Positions 28,275-38,629 of a DNA stretch of 64,000 nucleotides are shown here, in pieces (position 1 is the first letter of the stretch; every line of letters starts with the position of its first letter). A model generated the notes under the pieces. The model had not been told where the DNA came from. It saw only the letters and a program-made list of their open reading frames with translations, and ran no database searches. Where the stretch lies: the NCBI GenBank assembly GCA_050084515.1, contig CM114271.1:15066001-15130000 (forward strand), given 5' to 3'. The DNA comes from Blasia pusilla. Its lineage: Eukaryota. A program made the translations under genes and the position numbers.

Positions 28275-28554
28275 TCCCAGAAATTTCGTACGGGAGGAGG
28301 GTGAGAATGAGAAAGAGAATCAAAATGAGAATGAGAATTTTTAATTTATAGTGAATAGGAAACAGATACTCCTAACAGATTTTTACTGACAAGATGAATT
28401 CGGTGGGTGACATTGTCTGACACAATGGATCCATTCAGAACACATTCACTCGTTGCAATATGTTACCGGATTTGGGAAGCAGAGGGTTGCGCATCACACT
28501 TGGAAACCGTCGGAGTCCTGGTAACTCAAAGATAACCCGAAGCTAACCGAAGCT

Positions 28555-29031
28555 TGCAACCTGTCGGCTTCGGACGGGTTGCACGCTTCTGCCAAACATT
28601 GTCGAAGCGAGCAACCCGTCGCTCTCCGACGAGTTGCTCGGATACCGTTTCTTGCCCGAAGATGCCGGAGGCGTGCAAACCGTCTGTTCCCGACGAGTTC
28701 GCGGGTGCCTCGCTTATTTGCCCAAACACGGCGGAGACGCGCAAAATGTCGGTCTCCGACAGGTTGCGCGGGTACCTCGCGTTCTTTTTCGAAGAAGACA
28801 GAGGCGCTCAACCCGTCGGTCTCCAACGGGTTGCTCGCGCACGTGGCGACGTACCCAGGATGGCGGAGGCGCGCAACATGTCGGTCTCCGACGGGTTACG
28901 CGGGTTCCTCGCGTTCTTTTCCGAAGACGACGGATGCGCTCAACCCGTCGGAGACCGACGGGTTTCTCGCGCACGTGGCGACGTACCCAAGATGGCAGAG
29001 GCGCGCAACCTATCGGACTACGACGGGTTGC
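28555..29031. repeat. Array of 8 palindromes (~66-bp period, ~132-bp higher-order unit) between the divergent genes
   Basis: Copies at ~28556, 28611, 28675, 28741, 28807, 28873, 28939 and 29005. Confidence 0.9.
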
Positions 29032-29120
29032 CATTTTTCACGTTCGGACTTTCGTAACCTCCGGCACGGCGCGGTCGAAAGTACGACGAGACCCAATGGT
29101 CAGCCCAACGGCTAGAAAAG

Positions 29121-29128
29121 TATAAATA
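29121..29128 (+). promoter_or_regulatory. Putative TATA box of the accessory gene
   Basis: tataaata followed by a pyrimidine-rich leader, ~300 bp upstream of ATG 29421. Confidence 0.5.
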
Positions 29129-30635
29129 GGGCAGAAATCGCTCATTTCCGGTTTCTCATTTCGCGATCTTCATTTCTCACTCTCCCGCGCAACAGCTGAT
29201 CAGATACGAAGGGGCGTTTCACACGGTGACACATTGCGAGTCGATAGGAGGGAACGAGAGCGAGACGGTTCGACCAAACGACAGCGAGACGGTTCGACTG
29301 AGCGATCGCGGGACGATTCGAGCTACCCATCAAGGCGATTCGAGCTCCCCATCTCAACATCAGCAAGGTGACCGATCAAGGGATTCTTCGTGGACATAGG
29401 TGGAGGCATTTCCGGAAAAAATGACGAGGAAAAAATCACAAGCCAACAAGTCTGGGAGCTTCACTCCGAAGTCCATTAGGACTCCTACGTCAGCATCTCC
29501 TGGGCCTCGTTCGGCGAATGAAATTAGGCAGCAGGAAATCAAGGAGCGGGAAAGGGAAGCGAAGATGCACAACCAAGTGCTTCTTGCGAGACGTGTTCAA
29601 GAGGTGCTAGATAAACAGAACGTAGAGGCCGAGACGTCGCAGGCCTTGAAGAAAAGGATCGCCGAAGAAAAGAGAGAAAAGAAGCGTCTGGACGCGTCGG
29701 TGAGGAGGGCAGAATTGGCTAAAGCAAGGAGGGAAAAAGTGATAGCCATTGACGATAGCCTTGCCCATCCAACCGCTAGTGTTGAGATGCGGGAAATGTC
29801 CCCCACGAAGTCCGGGGACACAATCAACATAGTGGAAACGCCAAAAGTTGAAATCGATGACGACGAGGTCATGAGGACCGCCAGCGTGGAGATGGTGGAC
29901 ATGGCCGAAGAAGCCGGAGAGCGGTCATTCTCGACTCCAAGCCCGGCGGAGGACATCGACCTCTATCGGATCGACGAGTTTCCAGTCGATTTGCTAGCTT
30001 CATCTCGGACAAGTTAGTGGTCAAGAAACCGACCCCATTTTCGACCGGGTAAGAGAGGATGGGTTTTTGAATTATGTGAATTGCAATTCATTGGGAATTC
30101 AGTGTAGCTTATTCATCTTGTCCCGGTTCTGACAGGTGGTAAAGCAGATGGCACTCATGGAGGGCCACAACGCCCGAGGATTCCACTCTACCGATTGCGG
30201 ACAATGGAATACGTCCGCAAAATTCAGTCCGACGAGGACATCGGGAAGCTTAAACAATCAGCGGCGACAGCATCCTACGTCGACAACTTTCCTCCCTTCT
30301 ATATTCAGCCTTACGACGAGCATGGAACCCAAGCTTTGGTTACGGAGGAGGACTTGGAAAAGCTCGACACATTCTGGAGGATGCGAGACCAGGATTTTAG
30401 AACGCAAGTTGAGGGCACGGAATTCATCTGGATGAGGAATCTGCATTTCTTCATCTGGGATGGAAATCACAGGTTCATGGCATGGACCAAGTTTGCGGAG
30501 GAGCGGCCCAACTCATTGGAGGCACATTTCTGCGTGAAGGTAGTGGTCCTTCACCCATTCCCTCATCACATGGCGACGGTGGAGATGGCAATGCATGCCA
30601 TGAACACGTGAGTATCTTCTTGCTTTTACACTTAC

Positions 30636-31340
30636 GCAACTCGTCGGACTCCGACGAGTTGCTCGATGGATGAATGGGTTGGGTTTTTTTTTGCCGAAAG
30701 CAACTCGTCGGACTCCGACGAGTTGCTCGACAGCATGTTTTTTCGGATGTTTTTTTAACAATGCAACTCGTCGGACTCCGACGAGTTGTTTGATTGACCA
30801 CATATTTAATTAGTTTTTGGCCCAAAGCAAACCGTCGGAGTCCGACGGGTTGCTCGACTCGCCGCCTTGTCAGGATGGGTTTTGAAGAATGCAACTCGTC
30901 GGACTCCGACGAGTTGTTCGACTGACTACAGCTTTAGAAGGTTTTTTGCCCAAAGCAACCCGTCGGAGTCCGACGGGTTGCATTCGGAAGTTGGTTCCCC
31001 AAATTTCGCGTCAAATTGCAAGTTTACATTCAATTGCGCAACCTGTCGGACTCCGACGGGTTGCTATGTTCACGCTAGTATGTTCAGTTGCACAACGCGT
31101 CGGAGTCCGACAGTTTGAAACTTGGCATTAGCAAATCTGAATGCAATCCGTCGGACTCCGACGGGTTGCTATGTTCACGCTAGTATGTTCAATTGCACAA
31201 CCCGTCGGAGTCCGACGAGTTGAAACTTGGTATTAGCAAATCTGAATGCAATCCGTCAAACTCCGACGGGTTGCATCATTTAGCTCGTTGCTAGAATCTG
31301 ACCTTGAGCTGTGACGACCCGTCAGAGTCCGACGGGTTGC
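30636..31340. repeat. Array of 12 palindromes in accessory-gene intron 2
   Basis: Perfect 27-bp palindromes GCAACTCGTCGGACTCCGACGAGTTGC at 30636 and 30700; further copies at 30763, 30827, 30891, 30955, 31038, 31092, 31143, 31196, 31248 and 31314. Confidence 0.95.
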
Positions 31341-33447
31341 AAGAGAACATGTAATTTCCTGACGGGTTGAGTTTGGATGTGCAGGATTGTATCGGAGGGG
31401 AATGTCACCCACCACTGGATCCACGACTGCGATCGGGTGAGGAAGGTGCTTACGACGCACCCGGGAGAGTTCAGGGGGTTCTTGGGCGATGCCCTTGTCA
31501 ATCAAATGCTTGCAAAGGGTGCCCAGATTAAAAAGAAAACTTGGGCAAATAAGTTTACTTCCCAAGATGCAGCCATAACCATCCTTTGCTGGTCGAAGAT
31601 TCAGGCCGCGAAGAAGAGCGCTGCACTGGAGCTGGAGCCGAGGGAGAAGGTATCTGCGTCTGAGCACGCGAAATTCATCCAAGCTGCAGTATCTGCAGCA
31701 ACGAAATACACAGCGAGCAAGATGCAGCGATACATCAGCATTCTCAACCCCGAACTTGGTCCGGAGTTCTACAAGGAGCTAAAGGCGATTATCAAGCGCC
31801 AGCGGAAAAGGGATGAAGATCCGCATGGTCGGATTGGGGAGAAAGTGTCCTGGATTGCATGCATCGGTTTGCGTTGTCCGGCATAAGCGAGTTTAGAAGG
31901 ATCCGACTGATGAAAATCAGTCTCGAGGGCACAAAGGCCCAGAAGAGGGCGGCACACCATCCTCCGGGTGTGTCCGATCCAGTGATCTCCCAATAGCTAC
32001 GTGAATGGTCGTTCAGGGACGCGTTGCGGGTTATCGGGAAGTCCGTGGTGGAGGGTCTGCAAGCGGAGCTCAGAAGATTAGAGCCCATCCCGGATGAAGC
32101 AAACCTTGAAAGTTCTGGAGATTTCGAGGTTTGGCTCGACGACATCCGGACAAGCCAACCAAAACCAGGATTCAAGACCATGTTCAAGGTTTGCGTCCTC
32201 CTCGGCAGAGCTTGACGAAGAAGTAGAGGGGAACAAACGGGATCAAGCGAAGAAGAAGCGAGATCTCTGAGGGAGCATGCACGGGCGGATTCGTTCGCTC
32301 GCTAAAAGCTACCCAACGGATGGTCTTCATGTACCTCGCCCGGTGTAAGAATGCAGTACGTGGGGAAAATTACCGGCGACCTTGAAATTGTGGGCTTCGC
32401 GCACGGATGCGAGACATTCTCCATGTACGACATGGAGATGGGGCAAAGACATGTCCGATTGGGAGGTGGAGAATTTCCCCATTTGGCTCGACTTCAACGA
32501 CCTTGAAGACATCACCGATAAGGATTTACGAGTGCTTCATGATGCAAAGTGGCCTCGGGACAAGACGACATCCCCAATTTCGTCGGCCAAGACTTCTTCG
32601 GAGGGAGATGAAGAGCAGCCACGAGACAGTTGAGTTGGCTTCCAAGGTCCGCACGACCAAAGACAAATCCACAAAGATGTCTCAAAGGCAAGGCGAGGGG
32701 AGGGAAAAATTCAGAGGCCGAGTCTTCCCAAAGAGAGGTCAAGATTCAAGGCCGAGGCGGAATCGTCCCGCGGCGGGGAGAGAGGGTCGGACCAGGTCCT
32801 CGCGAAAAAACCCCACGAGTCCGAGGTCATAGAGACCCGACAAGCCGTCCGCAGACTAGGGAGAAGCGGAAGCGAGAGGTGCCCGGGTTGTCCCAAGGAG
32901 AATACAGTCCATCATCCTTGGGAAGACACAGACAAACAAACGACCGGACAAGCGTCCTCCTTCAATTCACTCCTTTACTGGATGAGCTGAAGAGCTTCAG
33001 TTCTCAAGCGTCGACACCAGCCATCGAAAAATTGACAACGCTGGGACGGAAGCTCCAACGAAACGGGCACGCTACGTGGACGGTGAATGGAGTGGTCAAA
33101 GAGATTGCGGTGGATCTCTTGATCGCCGATCTGCCCTCGGGGTTGCAACTTTGGGGCGAGAATCCGTCGGACGAGGTACCTGAGTGGAATGTGCCGCTCT
33201 CTTATGACTAGATTGCGCTTTTGTTCTCCTTTGCAGACGCCTATCTGAGTGACAGGGGCTGCTTCTTGGTGTTGACTGGAGGGAGAGAGGACGAGCTCTT
33301 CAACCTCCAGTGGGTCAAGAGGTTGCTAAAGTGGAGGACGGCGCAATCGTGGATCATCAAAAACGAGTACCCACTCCGATCCACGACGAGTCAGATTCGG
33401 GTAAGGCTCAATTCCTGTACTATAATGAGTATAATGAGTGTCAATCT

Positions 33448-33759
33448 GGGTTTCTTTTGTCCGTGAGCAACCCGTCGGAAGGTGACGGGTTGCTGGATTA
33501 GAGCAGCCCATGCTCGGATGAGAGCAACCCGTCGGTTTCCGACGGGTTGCATCTTTCCCACATACACAGGGAAAACCGCGGTGTACCTGCAACCCGTCGG
33601 AACCCGACGGGTTGCTCTTGCTTTTGGTTTTTCCCAGTTGCTTTTGGTTTTTGGATGCAACCCGTCTGATAGTGACGGGCTGCTCTCAGCTTTAACATGG
33701 GCTGCTCTAGGCAAAGCAACCCGCCGCCTTCCGACGGGTTGCTCACGGACAAAAAACCC
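33448..33759. repeat. Fold-back inverted repeat containing 5 palindromes in accessory-gene intron 3
   Basis: 33448-33550 is the imperfect reverse complement of 33657-33759; central palindrome at 33589-33615. Confidence 0.85.
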
Positions 33760-34439
33760 GCGGACTCGACAGTTGATCCAAAGTCGATTATTGAAAATGT
33801 TCTCAAGCCGACTTCTTTAGTTTCGACATTGTTTCCAACGTCTGATTTATTCTGAGATGGACCACTTCCTACGTGTTGCTTCATTCGCCCGAGCACACTT
33901 TCCAGGTGTTCAAGATCTAGGATCCTGTGGATCCATGCTCGATGGGTAGCTTAGATAGTTTGTACAATTCCCGGAATTTACATGCAAGACAAGACCCCAC
34001 CGGGAGGAAGGAAAAGTCGCCGCCCTGATGCAAATGCTCATCGAGCTCTGCTCAAGGCCGGGTGACTTGGTGTTCGACTTAGTGGGACTTTCAGGGGCAA
34101 GTATCAAAGGCGTCTGGCATAGTGGCAGGAACATTCTCTGCCTCGAGGGAAGGCAGGAACTGTTTGACCTTTGCAAGGAGGCAAAGGCAGAATACGAAAG
34201 GCTCGTTGGGGCGTACAACTCTCCACCAAAGCCGAGAGCACCGGTTCCAGAGCCACCCTTGGTAGTGACTCCATCGTCACTTCCAACGATTCCAAAAATC
34301 GGGAGGGCAAGGCCGAAAGTAATTTTGCAAGAGCTCTCGGACAATGACGAGTGAGTTCAAAGAACTCAACGACCCAGCTTGACTGCAGCGTTTGGAATAG
34401 GGAGTTTTTTTATAATGAGGCAAAAGATTTCATAGAATA

Positions 34440-35550
34440 GATCAAATGTACAGTTCCGAGCTATTTTCGGATGATATAAAGCAGAAGATTTTTTCGAACG
34501 ATGGTGGTGCTTGTAAAAGTTTGCTACTCTGCTAAGTGGTAACACGATGTATAGAGTCTGACACCTGCCCGGTGCTGGAAGGGTGAAAAGGATCGTCTAT
34601 GTACTCCGCGGACTTCTATTTTGCAACCCGTCGGATTTCTCCTGCTTGCAACTTTTCACTTTTTGACCACTGCACCCTTTTTACCACTTCCAGGAAACCT
34701 GTCTGATTCCGAAAGGTTGCCTGATCAAACTCTTTCCATGTTGGTCCAACTTAAGAGGCAGTCTGGCGGGCTTCTTTCCTTGGCACCTTCCCCTCAACTC
34801 GTAAAGGCAGGCGTAGGCTTCTTTTCTTCTCTCAGACGTGTTGGATTCCTACTACCTGTGCGATTGCCATAATGGTATTACCGGGGACGGAGCAGATATT
34901 GATACTGGATGGGTGTCACATTGCAGAGCGTACAAGGTATACTGCCGAGAAAGGCGGTGGGACTCAAAACAGGTTACATGGGACCGTTATGGTGTACCTA
35001 GGGGGGGGCCTAGGCTCTCGAATTCGCCAACATTTTCGATCCCCGTCTACAATCGGCCGGAGGAGCCACTTGTATCCCAGGACATTCCTTTGGTATCACA
35101 TCGTCAGGAGAGTTAGGAGTAAATTTGTAGATGACGAGGTGAAGAAATCATAGACTAAGTCAAATGTACATTTCGAGGTTCCTTCGGAGGTAATAAAGGG
35201 CGAGATTTTTCAACCCATAATGGTGTTTGTAAAAGTTTGCTAGAATATTTTTTGGACTTGTGGATTGTGTTCTTTTAGCTACTCAGAATTACATTACGCA
35301 ACCCGTATGATTCGACGGGTTGCAAGTTTTTGCTTTTGCCCACCGCAACTTTTTTTTACCATTTCGGACAACCCGCCGGATTCCGACAAGTTGATCGCTT
35401 GAGTGATCGGACTCTATCCCGGTGAGACCAACCGGCGCATTGTGGCGGGCTTCTTGACTTTTGGCTGCGTTCCCTTCATTCGTCAAACCAGTTGTAGGCT
35501 TCTTTTCTTGTCTAAGATGTGCAGGATTCCTACTACCTGTCGGATTGCCA
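34440..35550 (+). repeat. Diverged tandem duplication (~700-bp period) downstream of the accessory gene
   Basis: 34443-34527 ~ 35161-35242 (caaatgtaca...tgtaaaagtttgcta); 34622-34870 ~ 35298-35551 (palindromes...gtaggcttcttttctt...ggattcctactacctgt..gattgccat). Confidence 0.75.
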
Positions 35551-36639
35551 TTTCGGATTCCCAACCTGTTAGATCGTCGTGGGTGCAGGGTGGAAGAAAA
35601 TCACTTCTAAAAATCTTTCCTTTCTTATGGTGAGCTTTCTTACGGGTTGGGAGGGGTGCAGCTTCTCGGTTTCTCAGCCTTAGGATCTGATGTGTTCACA
35701 TTTCACAAAGTTGGTCTTGAGCAGACACCATTCATAACCAACAGAAAGTTGGTTATGGGGCAATTTAGGGGAGGCCATGATGCAGGCAACAATCCCTGCA
35801 AAAAGAGAGGTTGGCATCCGGGTGGTCCTCTAACAAAAATACCAAGGGCACTAATTTTTGTTGACCGAGACAGGGAATGTTAAGAAACTTAGGCTCACAT
35901 GGAGAGTGATGGAAAATGTTTAGGGTGGTCTTATGATGTCTCCTTTTTTCTCGCCCCCAGGAAAGAGGAGGTTTTTTTAGGGCCAAATGTGAACCACTAA
36001 ATACTCTCTTCTAAAGATTTCATGAATTTGAAAGCAAACAAAAATTTCAAATATGTCAAAAAGTTTTGAAGAGAGGAGGCGGATTTGGCCCTTTTTTTTT
36101 AAGAGAGACTCTCCTCTCTTCCTCTCTTCCTCTCCTCTCTTACTCTCTCCTTCCAGAATACCAGCCCCCATTCTATTGCATGGTCAACACTGATTGTTCT
36201 ATATAGTGCGGCAATCTCTGCGGCAAGACAATCCACTCAAACATAAAGTCAAACCTCCCATCAACATATGCGGACTATCCATCGACATCGGTGCACGTGT
36301 CTCCATCTCTAACACTCTATTGCAGACCGTCAACATGGATCATCCATCTCACCTCCAATTGGAATAATGCTAGTGAGTCAAACTCTTTTAACGGCTCTTA
36401 AGGCTCATCAAGCTCGTCACAAATCACAGTCCCCTCTTGGAAACAACAAGTTGCGAAAATCTCTCCTTACACTCTGAAACCATCCTCCATTCACTACAGA
36501 GGTTTTGTGGTTGACCACCTACGATGTAGTCTTTGCTAACCTCGTATTGCCACAACTCACGACATCATATGCGCTCTCCAACCTCATAGCTTTGGCCTAC
36601 TACATCTCGTTGGCTTTGTTACATCTTAGTAGCCGATAG

Positions 36640-37820
36640 GTAGAGATCTATTGTGGTGACGGCATAGAGAGCCAACAAACTATCTTGGGTGTAACTTTGT
36701 CCCGAGATGTTGGATAAGGTTGGCGATAGGTCTATTGTGTCGGGAATGTCGTTTATGGCGATTTCCTTATTTTGGTTTTAGTCCGTCAGGTGACATGTGG
36801 ACGTTGGCAGGGCTATTTTTGGGGGAAGAGCCTTTTGGCTCTTCCCAAGGGTATAAGAGTGAGGGAGATGACTTTTTCAAGCCATCTTTCTCATGTTGAG
36901 GCTTAGGAGCACCTCTCTTGCATGTATGTTTGTGGGTGTGTATGAGCTAGGGTGCTAGCATCTGGATTCCCTCATTGCGGAGGGTGGATGTGGCTCAATA
37001 TGCCACTGTAGATTTTGGAGTGGAGTTTTAGGCCGGATGAGCCATTTTTACTACTGTGTTTTACATGAGATAGATGCGAGGGGACAGGGAATTTGTTGGT
37101 TACAAGTAGGCAATCGATTTGCCTCAATGAGGAGCCCCTGGAGTAGTTGGTTGGCATTTTTAATTTTTTTGTTCAGAAGGTTGTGCGCGGAAATGCTATC
37201 TATTTTTCTCAGATCTTGGTGGTACGGGTTGATGGGGGACAGTAGCAGAGTGTAGCAATAGGAGCGCTCAGGTGTAACATGGAGAGTGTCATCGGTGGGT
37301 GAGTAGTGAGTGTCAAAAAAGGCGGGAAGAAAGAGAGAAACCATAGTTAGGTCGTGCAAACCGTCAAGATGTTAGTTAGGTTGCGGTCGTGCTAGGTTTA
37401 GGTTGCTTGTTAGGTCGTATGTAGAAGACAAGAGTACAGTCATATGAGGCAAGAGTACAGGCATGTGGACGGCCGAAAGGAGTTGGGGGCGTAGAAGGGT
37501 GTGAGCGGGGCATACCGGGTACTACCGGAAGTAGAGCGGATGGAGGAGGAGATATGGCCATAGGGGTGCAGGCCAAGTGCCCCCCTCCCCTCCCCTCCCC
37601 ACATTTATTACTCATAGGGGCACGGGCCAAAGCACCCACCCCCCCCACTTCTAGTCATTATTTCCCCTCCTTGTTGTGGGGTCTCGATGTATATGTGTAA
37701 GTTTGCTTGATTTATGGATGGATCGACCCGTGTGTTGGGAAGATCAGCATTGTGTGTTGTGTGATGCGTTGATGTGACCATCGATGTGGGTTGTGTAGCA
37801 ATGTGTATGCGCACAACAGC
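36640..37820 (+). mobile_element. Family A fragment
   Basis: Colinear similarity to 7165-8290, plus the 130-bp subrepeat at 37690-37820. Confidence 0.7.
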
Positions 37821-38629
37821 TTCCTCCAACCTACGTCCGCTCCCTACGTGCGTCCATGCACACTTCCCTATGGGGCCTTGTGCAACCGTGCTCTCGACAC
37901 TCCTAGCTCCGCCTCATTAAGGCGACCTTCACGGCCTCCTATGTGCATTTGTACTCCCTTCCTCTTGCATTATTTATGTCTTCTCTTCCTCCTCAGGTCT
38001 GGGTCCTCTTTGCCATTACCTCCCTTCCTAACTTCACTCCCAGATTTTGGCTACGTGCGTACGCATCCCTATGGAAACGGACTCCTTACCCTCGACTTTC
38101 TCACCTAGCTTTGTTGGTTAGGCTCCTTAAGTGGCCTCCACACTCCCCTCTTGGATGCATGGCCCTCATCCCTATGATGTTGACCTCCTCTTTTCTTTGA
38201 CTACGTGTCGTACGATGGCCACACCTCGTCTGTCCTCGTTCTCAACGGCTTCCTCTCGGCCTTGTGGCTTTCCGCCCTATGCGGCTAGCCCTTGGCATCT
38301 CAAACTAAGAGCCCCTTATGCAAGGTTGCACGAAAACGGACATGACGCCCGGATCCAATCCCTCCCATCGTGTAGACCCAGGCTGGCCAAGCCTGCACCC
38401 GTTTTGTGGCCCATGTGCAACCCATACCAACCAGCACGGCGAGCTCAGGCCTACGCTCCATTTCATGATTTGTGTGACATAGTTGGGCTGGCCTATTCTT
38501 GATGAAGAGTTCTCTAAAATTGATTCATTTTTCTTTGAATGGTCTCAAATGCAAGTGTCGGCCAATTTTCTATCATGCACGTCATTTCTCAGCCAACAAA
38601 ATCGATTGAAAAACAAAATTATGTTACAA

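Larger units (their letters stand above)
29421..34354 (+). pseudogene. Transposon accessory gene: ParB/Srx-like domain plus C-terminal N6-adenine/N4-cytosine (beta-class) DNA methyltransferase-like domain; introns 30049-30135, 30608-31384, 33401-33905
   Basis: Exon 2: IPLYRLRTMEYVRKI..KLKQS...PFY...FFIWDGNHRFMAW (ParB-N/Srx signature). Exon 3 end: VDLLIADLPSG...LFSFADAYLSDRGCFLVL (motifs IV-VI). Exon 4: GKVAALMQMLIELCSRPGDLVFDLVGLSGASIKGVWHSGRNILCLE (motifs X-I-II as in PF01555-type MTases). Canonical splice sites; several stops and frameshifts. Confidence 0.75.
24250..35600. mobile_element. Two-gene Mutator-like DNA transposon (boundaries approximate)
   Basis: Divergent transposase and accessory gene share the same palindromic repeat throughout; flanked by unrelated family A retro fragments. 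No convincing TIR or TSD seen. Confidence 0.7.

Noticed and set aside
28494-29125. Overlapping 100-180-aa ORFs on both strands
   Set aside because: Artefacts of the GC-rich palindrome array; same applies to ORFs at 30475-31131 and 33326-33896.
30636-31340. True CRISPR array
   Set aside because: It lies in a spliceosomal intron of a eukaryotic TE, there are no cas genes, and spacers are mutually related or duplicated (31065-31140 ~ 31170-31250).
23970-36170. GA-rich left end and TC-rich right end as TIRs of the first MULE
   Set aside because: Only low-complexity purine/pyrimidine complementarity; no alignable TIR or TSD.
37820-38500. Inverted relative of the CRE-like element 3' region
   Set aside because: Only short patchy similarity to 11900-12400; cannot be supported without an alignment.
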